A stretch of 63,878 nt of DNA, filler included, from Octopus bimaculoides (GCF_001194135.2; 5 parts of 5 records of this genome joined end to end with filler, not necessarily neighbours in it); one strand, 5' to 3'. Positions 24,303 through 35,760 are shown, numbered from the whole stretch's first letter. Numbers and translations are program-made. Notes: generated from the letters alone by a model not told the origin.

Positions 24303-25654
24303 AATATTTCAAATGATAAAGGCAAACTTTCATGTGAGTGGCTGTGTGGTAAGTAGCTTACTGGATCTACTATACCCTCGAGCCTCCCAAAGCCTTGTGA
24401 GTGGATTTCGTAGAAGCCCGTCGAATATATATATATATANNNNNNNNNNNNNNNNNNNNNNNNNNNNNNNNNNNNNNNNNNNNNNNNNNNNNNNNNNNNN
24501 NNNNNNNNNNNNNNNNNNNNNNNNNNNNNNNNNNNNNNNNNNNNNNNNNNNNNNNNNNNNNNNNNNNNNNNNNNNNNNNNNNNNNNNNNNNNNNNNNNNN
24601 NNNNNNNNNNNNNNNNNNNNNNNNNNNNNNNNNNNNNNNNNNNNNNNNNNNNNNNNNNNNNNNNNNNNNNNNNNNNNNNNNNNNNNNNNNNNNNNNNNNN
24701 NNNNNNNNNNNNNNNNNNNNNNNNNNNNNNNNNNNNNNNNNNNNNNNNNNNNNNNNNNNNNNNNNNNNNNNNNNNNNNNNNNNNNNNNNNNNNNNNNNNN
24801 NNNNNNNNNNNNNNNNNNNNNNNNNNNNNNNNNNNNNNNNNNNNNNNNNNNNNNNNNNNNNNNNNNNNNNNNNNNNNNNNNNNNNNNNNNNNNNNNATAT
24901 ATATATATATATATATAAGCGTGTGTTGTGCGCGCGCGTGTAAGCAAAATAATTGACAGCTAACACGAAGTAACCCGATAATATGTGACTGCGGTCTTAA
25001 TCTTTCAATGTATAGGAAATAGCAGAGAGTGTTAAGCAGCCGTCAAAGAATTTTGACGATATTTCTTTTCCATCCCTTTGGCCTAGGGAAGAGTTGCAGG
25101 TTAGTATTACAGGAAAGTTCCTGTTCTAGGTTTCTGCTTCTAATTGCGGCTGGGGGAATTCATAAATAATTAAGTGCGTTTAACAATGAACTGACTAACA
25201 CTGAACAGCTAATAGGAATTGCCGCTTTAACCAGTAATCTAAGAAATTAGCTTGCCACGCTCCACGATTGAATGAATGTTATTAGATGATGTCAGAACTT
25301 GCTCAATGACAACATATATCACTGTGTTTTCTTCTCTATATTTCGTTTTCTAAAATTCTTCTTAAGATTTTTGCTTTTTCATCCCTTCGTAATTGATAAA
25401 GCACTGCCAGAGTTATATAGATGTCGCTTCAATCGACTGTACTGTTTCTCTGCAACGCATTAGCCTCGGTACATTATTAGTTTCTAAGTTCAAAAGTTGG
25501 ACAAGAAATAAATAGAAAAGATGAAAATGGCGGCTTTTGGAAATATCTCAACAGATGTTTAGTTAATCAGTTTCAAATCTGATTTCTGCCTCGCAACTAA
25601 ACGCCTTCCCATCGAAGCTGACAGTTTCTCGAAGACAATATAATAGGTATATGA

Positions 25655-25852
25655 AGGCGGCGAGCTGGCAGAAACGCTAGCATGCTGGGTGAAATGTTTA
25701 GGGGTATTTCGTTTGTCGTTACATTCTGAGTTCAAATTCCGCCGAGATCGACTTTGCCTTTCATCCTTTCGGGGTCGATAAATTAAGTACCTGTTGCGTA
25801 CTGGGGTCGATATATAATCAACTGGTCCCTTCCCTCAAAATTCCGAGCCGTC
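25655..25852 (+). mobile_element. SINE family A
   Basis: GGCGGCGAGCTGGCAGAAACGCTAGC..GAGTTCAAATTCCGCCGAGATCGACTTTGCCTTTCATCCTTTCGGGGTCGATAAATTAAGTACC. Confidence 0.92.
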
Positions 25853-25962
25853 TACTAAAGCCACTCGCAAGGCCTTGGTCTGCGCGAGGCTATAGCGGAA
25901 GACATTTGCCCACGGTTCCACGCACTGGGACTGAACGCGGAACCATATGATTGGGAAGCAAG
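25853..25962 (-). mobile_element. SINE family B head fragment
   Basis: Reverse complement CTTGCTTCCCAATCATATGGTTCCGCGTTCAGTCCCAGTGCGTGGAACCGTGGGCAAATGTCTT..CCTTGCGAGTGGCTTTAGTAGACG. Confidence 0.8.
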
Positions 25963-26433
25963 GAAAAAGATATATGGAGATGTACCAATCCTAGTGGCTA
26001 CATTTGCAATTGCATAAAGCGATGTTGTTTTATGCTGTCTATTTTATGTACCGTCATTTAGAGTCTTAAGAAATCAGGTTTACTAAACTAAGTTCTGCTG
26101 GTGATACGGTTAGTTAAATCTACGACTGCACACTCTCGCCATGATGGCAGTCAGGTTATATAGTTCGTTAAATAAATAAACGAATACAATACCGTCAGAA
26201 ACTACATCAAACACCGAAGAAAACAAGTGACCAGTGGAAAAAAACCGAAATTGTTAAAGGATTAAAACTTTCATTCCTTGGTTCTTACTATTCCATGGTG
26301 TCTTACATTTTCTCTTCAGAAACGCAACGTAGACTTCCACTTCTCTTCTCCTTTGATAACATCACATACGTGAAATGGTTTGTTGTTGCTATAACTTTCG
26401 CCTCCAGTTCATTGAGACTCATCTGTCACCTTG

Positions 26434-26764
26434 TGACAGAGGGTGCTGACTAGCTTTTGTGACCTCTATTAATTATGCCTTTAGGTTCTAATTGCTAATA
26501 AGCCACCCTTTTTAATTTGTTGTTTACACTCCCACAGTTTTGAAAATCAGCAAATGATTTCAACGGAAATAGAGTTTAACCCTAGGCGTTAAGAGCCACT
26601 GATAAGAATTAAGGTAGTCTGCACCAAAATTCGAAATCGCGTTACGGCATGTATGCTAGGGACATACTTCCCTTTGTCACTCATTAAGTATAATACTTTT
26701 GTGGATTTAGAGTTAATTTAACTCTTATTTTAGCATAAACAGTGCTAGTCAGCACCCTCCATCA
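26434..26764. mobile_element. MITE-like element with 21-bp terminal inverted repeats
   Basis: TGACAGAGGGTGCTGACTAGC (26434-26454) and GCTAGTCAGCACCCTCCATCA (26744-26764). The 16-bp core is a perfect inverted repeat. Confidence 0.6.
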
Positions 26765-26782
26765 CTTTTGTGACCTCTATTA

Positions 26783-26865
<83 letters not shown>

Positions 26866-26939
26866 CACATCGCATTTGGTCTGTCTGATAATATATTGTT
26901 TGTTACAACGTACAGTTATACTAAGACATACAATATATT

Positions 26940-27173
26940 ATTTCCCTCTTTATTGCCCACAGGGGGCTAAACATAGAGGGAACAAACAAGGACAGACAAA
27001 GGAATTAAGTCGATTACATCGACTCCAGTGCATAACTGGTACGTATTTAATCGACCACGAAAGGATGAAAGGCAAAGTTGCCCTCGGCGGAATTTGAACT
27101 CAGAACGTAACGGCAGACAAAATACCGCTAAGCATTTCGCCCGGCGTGCTAGCGTTTCTGCCAGCACGCCGCC
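26940..27173 (-). mobile_element. SINE family A, full length
   Basis: Reverse-complement match from head GGCGGCGTGCTGGCAGAAACGCTAGC to tail GCCCCCTGTGGGCAATAAAGAG. Confidence 0.92.
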
Positions 27174-28604
27174 TTACAGCATATTTTTGAAAGAGTATTG
27201 TTCGTTTTGTAGTACAATATAGTATCCAAACAAAATATTTGTAATTCACAATTATGATGCTATTGCAGTTAATTTAATTGAGCTGCTCCAGTGTAAGAGA
27301 AGGAAATGCTTCTTTCTTCTGTTTTACGAAGAGAGAAATAAGCTAATGTAAATTATCCCTGTATCCAAGGGGAGAATCTTAATGTCAGGAATGTCTCAAT
27401 TAAACGTTCAGCGTCGATCTTACAGAGTCATAAAATCATCTTTCAGTGTTTTTCTACCCATGCATAAGATTTCCCACATTTTCTCAATAACATGAAATTA
27501 AGAGAAAAATCCACGTAAGACCGACTGAACCACATTCACACTGGATGAATATGAAATTTTCTTGATGACCCTGTTACCAATTTAAAATCACTGACTCATT
27601 ACGATCACGATCTTAAAGAGAATGATTACTTCATTAACGATCATAGATCAGGGAAAATGAGAGTCAATATGATCTTAATTTATAGGGGAAATCTTTCTGC
27701 TCCACTTACCGTTTTAATATCTTCTGTTTAATCTTTCTCTAATTTCCATGTCTTCATATACTTCATATTTCACAGTCTTGTCAAAAACACTTTAATAACG
27801 TTGGCAAATTACTTAGAGGTGAATAGAAACTCATGTCCAGTCTAATCAGCAATCAATTTATATTTCCAATCGAGACAATTTTCTCTCACTTATTGCAAGG
27901 TATAAAGCTAATACCGCTACACGGTCATATTCAGTTCATCTGTAAAAATATCATAACCTTACCGTCCGCCCTATGACATCAAAGTAAATTTTCGATGTCA
28001 TTGTGTTTGTAGACTGAAAGCTTGTTTATGTGAATAAAAGACTGAGACACGTGAACCACGGGTTCAAATCTCCAACTGCATGCATTTTAACTGAAGAGAA
28101 TTTGGTATATTTGTCAAATGTTGTTCCATCGTCCTTTTGTTTCGATGTTTCGGATTTAATTTATCGATCAATTCTCATCCCTGCTAACTAAAATTTACAT
28201 ATAATTACTTCTGACAGGTTTTCTTCAAATAAATTCCAAGCCAAATTTGGAAGACAACATAACAAAGTTAAACTGTTAAATTATGACTACAATATATGTA
28301 GGTGCCTCCTACACAGCGCCGTTTCGCTCCCCATTTTCACTTACAACTCCACTGACAACTCGAAACTATGTTCATAAAAGTTTACCATAATGCGACGACT
28401 CAATGAGAAAGTCCCTTTGGCGTTGTGATCCCGAATCGAAAATATTGGTTTCTAATTTTGACACAAAGACAGCAGTTTTGCGGATGAGGGTAGATCGATT
28501 ATATCCACTCCAGTAATCAAATGAAACATTTTTTATCATCTAAGCATTTTGTCTTGTGTGTCTTACATTCTGCTCCCTCGCCGCCTTATCAATCGGAAAT
28601 AATG

Positions 28605-28815
28605 ATTTTAAATTTTAGCACAAGGCCGGCAATTTCAGGAGAGTGTGTAAATCGATTGCATAGACCCCAGTGCTCGGTTAGCACTTATTTTATCGAAACC
28701 CGAAAGATGAAAGGCATAAGTCGATAATCGGTGGTATTTGAAATCAGAACGTGAAATCGGAAGAAATGCCGCTAAGCATTTTATCTGGTGAGCTTACGAT
28801 TCATTCAGCTCACTG
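28605..28815 (-). mobile_element. SINE family A (diverged); extra head fragment at 28540-28590
   Basis: AACCCGAAAGATGAAAGGCATAAGTCGA..ATTTGAAATCAGAACG..AAATGCCGCTAAGCATTTT. Confidence 0.75.
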
Positions 28816-28877
28816 ATGTATGAATCAATAATATGACTCAATCCTATCAGTATCCACATCCACAGTTACAATTTCAG

Positions 28878-29053
28878 GCGCGGGAGTGGTCGTGTGGTAA
28901 GCAGCTGCTTACCAACCATATAGCTCCGGGTTCAGTCCCGCTGCACTTGCAACTTGGGCAAGTGTCTTCTACTATAACCACGGGCCGACCAAAATCTTGT
29001 GAGTGGATTTGGTAGACTGAAACTGAAAGAAGCCCGTCGTATATATGTATTTG

Positions 29054-29088
<35 letters not shown>

Positions 29089-29285
29089 TTGTCCCCCCCC
29101 CCACCAACATCGCTTGACAACCGATGCTGGTGTGTTTACGTCCCCGTAACTTACCGGTTCGGCAAAAGGGACCGATAGAATATATACTAGGCTTACAAAG
29201 AATAAGTCCTGGGGTCGATTTGCTCGACTAAAGGCGGTGTTCCAGCATGGCCGCAGTCAAATAACTGAAACAAGCAAAAGAATAG
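28878..29285 (+). mobile_element. SINE family B, full length
   Basis: Complete head, CORE-like block, (TG)n and tail GGCGGTGTTCCAGCATGGCCGCAGTCAAATAACTGAAACAAG. Confidence 0.92.
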
Positions 29286-30194
29286 GTCTCTTTGTTTAAT
29301 TTCTAAGAATGCGAAACGAAAGCGCTTCGCCGTTTCTCTAGATTTCGAACTGACATGTTTCTTTAGACTTGCTGCCGCTGCCCACCAACAACCCAGCATC
29401 ATATACACGTTGAAAGAGATAAAGAGGAAGACTCTAATGTGCGCCACAATAAATCTTTTGTAGTCTTTGCTTTTATGTCCCTTTAAGTTTCCCATACAAT
29501 TCCATGCCAATTACTCTTTGTTTTCTCTTCAATGAAATATATAACAGTTACATAATAATAATTAACGTAATTGATTACAAGCCTTAGTCGTAGCTAAAGA
29601 AATTAATATTTCCCGTTTGGTTATTCGAAAGACATCGCTACTAATCACTGACAGTTACTGGGTCTTTAGATATTTGCCGAATCATTGGATTGTGAGAAAT
29701 GTCAACCTTGGATACAAACATTATTGGCAAGTAATTCTATTTACAAAATCGCACCACTTCGTCAGAAGCTCAAGTACAGCTTTGGAAACTACGTCTATCT
29801 CAAGATGGCTGCGGTCTTGCGAAAATAAGCGTATATGTTTGAAGCTATACTTTATGTATATACATATAACTACATACCTACATAATTATGTAGGGATGTG
29901 TGAATATAATTATAATAATATATATCATATCCATATATATGTGTGTGTATATGTGTGTGTGAGTGTGTGTGTGTATGTACAGACAAGTGTATGAGCGTGT
30001 ATATATACAAATATATATAAAAGTGTATTGTATATGTACATATATATATATGTTTACATATATATATACTTATNNNNNNNNNNNNNNNNNNNNNNNNNNN
30101 NNNNNNNNNNNNNNNNNTTAATTAATTAANNNNNNNNNNNNNNNNNNNNNNNNNNNNNNNNNNNNNNNNNNNNATATATATATGTATATATATA

Positions 30195-30420
30195 TATACA
30201 TATATGGGAGAATTCACGAAAAAACAACAGACGAAGACAGGTGGTGTAAACAACAAATGGATGTATTAGTATAACGCTCGGGCATAGAGAAAGTCTTTAA
30301 CGTTTCGAGCATACGCTCTTCAACAGAAAGAAACAAGGAGGGAAACAAAGAGAGAAAAAAATATATGTGTAATGATCAGCAATCTATCATGGCGAATGCC
30401 GGATAGAAGGATCACACAGG
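30195..30420 (-). mobile_element. Penelope-like terminal (pLTR-type) repeat carrying a hammerhead-like motif
   Basis: Minus strand TCTTT CTGTTGA A GAGC GTAT GCTC GAAAC GTT AAAGA in a pyrimidine-rich UTR-like context. Confidence 0.55.
30294..30331 (-). ncRNA. Minimal type I hammerhead ribozyme-like motif (A6 variant)
   Basis: Helix I UCUUU/AAAGA, core CUGUUGA(A), helix II GAGC/GCUC with GUAU loop, GAAA, and palindromic AACGUU in place of helix III. Confidence 0.5.
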
Positions 30421-30744
30421 AGAGTTATGAAGAAGGGGAGATAACAAAGAAGTAGTGATCCCCAAACGAAGGTGCGTGTGTGTGTGAGAATGCTGGTGAT
30501 TTTAACGTATGCATGTGTGTATGTAGGCATACATACATACATACATACATACATAAAACGAAAACAAGGTGGCAGGTTTAACATCGATCCAAAATGACTT
30601 TGAATGTCACATCATATCCCTTCGGCAACATTTTTGAACCACCAAGTGTCGAAATACAACCCTTGACCAAGTTTTCATACATGAGGCTGATAACATCATA
30701 AGACTTAGAAGGCAGCTCCTTGAGCAACATTCCTTGTCTGATAA

Positions 30745-30872
30745 CCTAGATATGCAACTATATGCATGAGGTTACATACATAAAACATACAAATCTGCAC
30801 ATACATACATACATACATACATACATACATACATACATACATACATAATTACATACATACATACATACATAA

Positions 30873-30903
<31 letters not shown>

Positions 30904-31086
30904 CATACATACATAATTACATACATACATACATACATACATAATTACATACATACATACATACATACATACAAACAAACAAAAATACCCTGTTATTGAT
31001 GTTGAAATTCCAATGACGGGGCCTTGGATCTAGGTTAAAAACCTGTTGTTTCTCTATTGGCAAAATATTTTGAAATAAACTGAATG

Positions 31087-31095
<9 letters not shown>
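30745..31095 (+). repeat. Dispersed repeat family E with (TACA)n array
   Basis: AAAAATACCCTGTT(A/G)TTGATGTTGAAATTCCAATG..CCTTGGATCTAGGTTA..TTTCTCTATTGGCAA..GAAATAAA(A)CTGAAT, preceded by (CATA)n. Confidence 0.8.
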
Positions 31096-31122
<27 letters not shown>

Positions 31123-31134
31123 GTACATATATAA

Positions 31135-31250
31135 ATACAAACAAAAATACCCTGTTGTTGATGTTCAGTTCCAAAGAAGGAGCCTTGGATCTAGTTTAGC
31201 AACCGGCTCTTTCTCTATTGGCAAGAAATTTTGGAATAAAACTGAACAAT
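31135..31250 (+). repeat. Dispersed repeat family E
   Basis: Second tandem copy of the ~110-bp core. Confidence 0.85.
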
Positions 31251-31689
31251 GGCATGCATGCAACTCTCAAGATATGCAACTGTCATTTCCAATGAAACAT
31301 AGGTTATGAAAACAGCTTTAAACGATCACCTCTTTCATAATCTCAGAGAACTGCCCCTCTTTTCTCACCAACAGCATGATTTTCCTACAGCCAAAAATAG
31401 TAAAAATTTGCTTTCATACGAGACACGTTGTTGCATTCCCACTCGTAAGGAATTTCACAAAAGCTGTTACTGAACTTAATATCAGAAAAAAACCTTCCAT
31501 CTATCATTTAGATCGAAAGTTTTTTTGTCAGATCATTCATTCATAGTCAGTATCAAGAAGGCGCTCCTTGGCTATCATATCAACTCTGATTTATTTCAGG
31601 GCTCAATTACCGTATGATTCCCTCTTTACATAAATCATCATCCTACTTTAACATGTAATTACACGCACGCACACACGCGCGCGCACAAT

Positions 31690-32007
31690 TGGCATTCCGT
31701 TGGCACGACGATAAGATCTGCAGTTGATTCGATCAACGGAACAGCCTGCTTGTGAATTTAACGTGAAAGTGGTTGAGCACTCCACAGATACGCGTACCCT
31801 AAACATAGTTCTCAGAGAGATTCAGCGTGAGACAGAATGTGACCAAGTTGGCCCTTTGAATTTACAGCTATCACTCATTTCTATCAGTTGAGTGGACTGG
31901 AACAACATGAAATAAAATATCTTGTTCAAGGATACCTGCTGCCAGAAATCGATATCACCTTACGATTGTGAGCCGAATACTCTAACCAATAAGGCCGCGC
32001 CTTCCTC
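31690..32007 (-). mobile_element. tRNA-derived SINE family D (CORE-like head, family-C-type tail)
   Basis: Reverse complement: GAAGGCGCGGCCTTATTGGTTAGAGTATTCGGCTCACAATCGTAAGG..TCCTTGAACAAG..CCAGTCCACTCAACTG, then the same 3' tail as 18-396. Confidence 0.8.
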
Positions 32008-33069
32008 AAGCATTCATACGCACGCATATACACCCATACACACGCACACTCTCACGCACTCCTAAGCAAATGATAGTTTTACGCCATCATTCCGTTATCA
32101 CTTAGCCACCGACTCGACGCAACCTGAATATCTCACACTGAGAGAGATAGATTAGTAGTTAGCAAAGCCAGAAAGGTTGCCATTTTCGGAGTTGAAATTT
32201 ATCGTCAAGGACATTGTCTACATCGATATAAACAGAGATCTCAAAGAGGAATTGCTACTGTTTGCGAAGGCAATCTACAGCTGAAAATATTCAGAAATAT
32301 AATGGATTGTATATAAATAAGGGTGTTTATGCAATTTTAATTCCATTTTCAGTAATGTCTTTGAGTTATTGATTTCTTTAATTTAAAAATTACTCTAACA
32401 AATTTAAATGCATAGATTAGAAGAAGCGACCGAATAAGTCACTTAATGGTATATAATTAAATCTTTCACTTATATGAATTCAAATCCCAGCTTGCATTGA
32501 TTGTACATTTCATCTTTTCGGGTTCTATAAAATACAACACATTACTAATTGGGGATTTATTGAACTAACTTTAGCTCATCCACAGAAATAATGGACTGCT
32601 TCATTTAGTTTTAACTCTGCTTTCTGACGCTAAATCTCTCTGAAACCGCCTTTATCTTTTAGACCTCAAGGGAATTGATCAAACAATCGTCTTTTAATTC
32701 AAGGACAACTCTGATCGTGTTAATCAAACGCGTTCCTGTCTTGACCATCACGTCTCTTTTCTCAAGCATAGAGTATCAAAGACTACATTAGCTACTTTTT
32801 AAACAGTAGAGTGTAAGTTGTAAATAACTGGAGAACGACCACTTGCAATAGCCATTTCCAGTCTGGGTTTCATAATGAAACTATTGGTGTAAGGCAGGGT
32901 TTGTGAAGTAAGCAAAACTTTCAAAACCCTAGGGTCTGGGGGAAAATTTATTTCATTGAAAGAGTCCTTAGAAATAAAAAAAGGTTTGGGACCACTTACG
33001 TTGAATCTCTCTCATTGAAGTCGTTTCAGTGACTGTTGATTTCTTGTTAAGATTAAATTGTACATAACA

Positions 33070-33125
<56 letters not shown>
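33070..33125. repeat. (TAA)n microsatellite immediately 5' of the Dong-like element
   Basis: Perfect run. Confidence 0.95.
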
Positions 33126-33129
33126 GCAC

Positions 33130-34287
33130 ACCAACATTTTGCTCCATCCCTAACTGATGTCACTCAGACCCAAAGCAAATAGCTGCCTAGATGACCGAAG
33201 GAACAACATACCTTCTACCAAAAACTGAAAGCACGAAAATCCAAAGAACTACCGACCAATTAAACGCCTCGACACCACCTACAAGATCCTCACGTCCATA
33301 CTAACTGAAAGAATATACACTTTCCTGGAACAGAACTCTATTCTTCCACAAGCTCAAAGAGGTTGTAAAAGGAATTCTCAGGGATACAAAGATCAATTAC
33401 TCATAAATAAAATGATTGTAGAGAATTGCCGGAGCAAAAAGAACCTGAGTATGGCATGGATAGACTACAGGAAAGCGTTTGATAGTGTCCCACATAATTG
33501 GCTACTCAAGGCCCTTGAGATATACAAGATCTCTCCTGTAGTCTCCAAATTCTTCCAAGATAGCATGGCCAAGTGGAATACATGTCTTTTCCAACACCAT
33601 AGTAATGGGATGAGCTAATCTAACAACATCAACATCAAAAGAGGCATCTTTCAAGGTGACCCCCTCTCCCCATTACTCTTTTGCATGGCACTGATCCCAC
33701 TCTCAAACGAACAGAGTAACACCAAGTATGGGTTCAAAATGCATAATGTTATAGTAAATCATGTTTTATGTGGACGATCGGAAGCTGTTTGCTAGAAATG
33801 ACGAAGAGTTCAGCAATGATATAGCGATGGATTTTGGTCTTGACTTAATAAGTGTGCTAAAGCAATTTTTGTGAGAGAAAAGCTCTGGCAAACAGCTTCC
33901 GTTAAATTAGACACCGACACTACCATCAAGGAGCTTAACCCGCAAGGATGCTATAAATACCTGGGGATAAACGAAGGAGACGGTATACAACATACTACTA
34001 TGAAAGAAAAAGTACGAAAGGAACATTACAGAAGAATACGACACATACTAAAAATTGACCTCAACTTCAAAAATTGTCGCATCGAAGCCATTATCACCCT
34101 GGCACTTCTAGAAGTCCAATACAGTTTTAACATAATTAACTGGAATCTTACAGAACTCCAACGCCTGGACAAGATGACAAGAAAACTGCTAACATCTAAG
34201 AACATGCACCACCCAAAAGCAGATGCTGATCGTCTGTACCTACTTAGAAGTAATGGGGGAAGAGGAATGATGCAGGTAGAACAGACC
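33130..34287 (+). mobile_element. R4/Dong-like (RLE-group) non-LTR retrotransposon RT, 5'- and 3'-truncated pseudogene
   Basis: TEGTTYLLPK..PKNYRPI..TTYKILTSI..QRGCKR..KDQLLINK..NLSMAWIDYRKAFDSVPHNWL..IKRGIFQGDPLSPLLFC..YKYLGI..HPKADADRLYL..GGRGMMQVEQ. Confidence 0.88.
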
Positions 34288-35206
34288 CGTTTCAATCACA
34301 TCAACATTGACTTAGTCGGTCCCTACCATCTTCACAGGGGTGCTCGTACCTACTGACCTTGGTAGACCGATACGCTCGTTGTCCTGAGACTATCTCTCTC
34401 TGCAGCACGGAAACACAAGTCAGCCGAGCCTTCATCACAAACTGAATTGCCCGATTCGGTGTCTCAAACAGCACATCACCCAATCGGGCTCCACAATTCA
34501 CCCCAAAGCTGTGGAATGACATATGTGACCTTTTGGGAATCACAATGAAGCGCACAATAGCCTAACATCCACAGGCCAACGGGTTAGTGGAGAGATTTCA
34601 CCGCTGCCTGAAGGAGTCCTTGACAACCAGACTTAACAGGGCCAATTGGATTGATCAACTTCCATGGGAGATGTTGGGAATCTGTACCGCCCCGGAACAA
34701 TTTCTCAACACTTCTTCCACAGAAATGGTGTATGGTGCCCCTCTTGCAGTGCTAGGAGAGTTCCTTCTGAACACAAAGTCAGACCCAGATGTCAAAAGAT
34801 ATCTCGCGCAACTGAGAGACAGTGTGGGCCAGTTGCGCCCTATTCCCATGTCAACACCCGGGACACCTAGATCATCCGTGCCAATGATCTCTGCACGGCT
34901 AAGTTCGTGTTCATTTGACGTGGCACACTACGAAAACCCCTCCAGTCACCCTACTTTGGCCCATATGAAGTCCTATGTCCGGGAGACAAATCGTTCAAAC
35001 TCCGAATTGCCGGACGACAAGACACAGTTTCCATCGATAGGTTGAAACCAGCCCATCTCGATATTGACAGCCCCATCCAATTAGCTCAGCCACCAAACAG
35101 AGGCCGTCCCAAGCAAATCACACCAACCTTTGGCAAGGAGCAATCACCAAAGAGCCGAGTAACCACACGCAGGAGCAGGGCAATTAAAACGCCTTCCCGG
35201 TTCTAA
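34288..35206 (+). mobile_element. Gypsy (Ty3) LTR retrotransposon integrase with GPY/F module, degenerate
   Basis: RFNHINIDLVGP..LTLVDRY..IARFG..HPQANGLVERFHRCLK..WIDQLPW..PLQSPYFGPYEVL..VSIDRLKPAHL, with stop at 35204-35206. Confidence 0.92.
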
Positions 35207-35223
35207 TGACAGTCAACAGTTCT

Positions 35224-35233
35224 GGTGAGGAGC
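35224..35233 (+). other. Polypurine tract (PPT) of the Gypsy element
   Basis: GGTGAGGAG directly upstream of TGTA at 35238, the canonical PPT/3'LTR position. Confidence 0.6.
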
Positions 35234-35237
35234 TATA

Positions 35238-35545
35238 TGTAGGGCACTCCCCAAGGATTTACGAACTATAGACAAGAACTTCGCTGCAGGCTAGCTAGGG
35301 AGCTGGTCTGCAGCAAAGTAGACTACCGGTTAAGCGGACTTCTACGATGTAAGAGTTGACAGTCGGCTGTCGCCCTCATGTGTTTAATTAAATATATGAG
35401 GGCGACAGCCGCTAGTCAACCCCCTGCTTCGTAGAGGTCTGCTTAATCGGAAGTCTACTTCGCTACAGACTAGCTCCCTAGCTAGCCTGCAGCAAAGTTC
35501 CTATCTACAGTTCGTCTGTCATAAATCCTTGAGTAGTGCCCTTCT
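35238..35545. mobile_element. ~308-bp self-complementary sequence in the 3'-LTR position (palindromic LTR or fold-back MITE)
   Basis: The left arm TGTAGGGCAC..GGCTGTCGCCCTCATGTGTTTAA pairs with the right arm TTAAATATATGAGGGCGACAGCC..GTGCCCTTCT, with no spacer (centre 35387/35388). Confidence 0.85.
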
Positions 35546-35589
35546 GTTAGTCTTGAACTTATGAAAATATATTCAATATTTCATTTGCA

Positions 35590-35760
35590 CACAAGGGCGA
35601 TCAAAATGTCTTACAGTAATTAGTTACGTCCCCTTAAGTTCTCAGTTCAAATCTCGCTGGAGTCGACTCTTCAGCAATCGATGAAATTAAATACCAGCCA
35701 AATACTGGCTTAGTTTAATCAAATGTTGTCTTCTCTAAAAAGTGGGGCTGTGTACCCCCG
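35590..35760 (+). mobile_element. SINE family A, old copy
   Basis: GTTCTCAGTTCAAATCTCGCTGGAGTCGACT..TCGATGAAATTAAATACCAG. Confidence 0.6.

Noticed and set aside
29193-29510. Minus-strand 105-aa ORF
   Set aside because: Its 3' third is antisense SINE-B sequence, and the rest has no recognisable motif.
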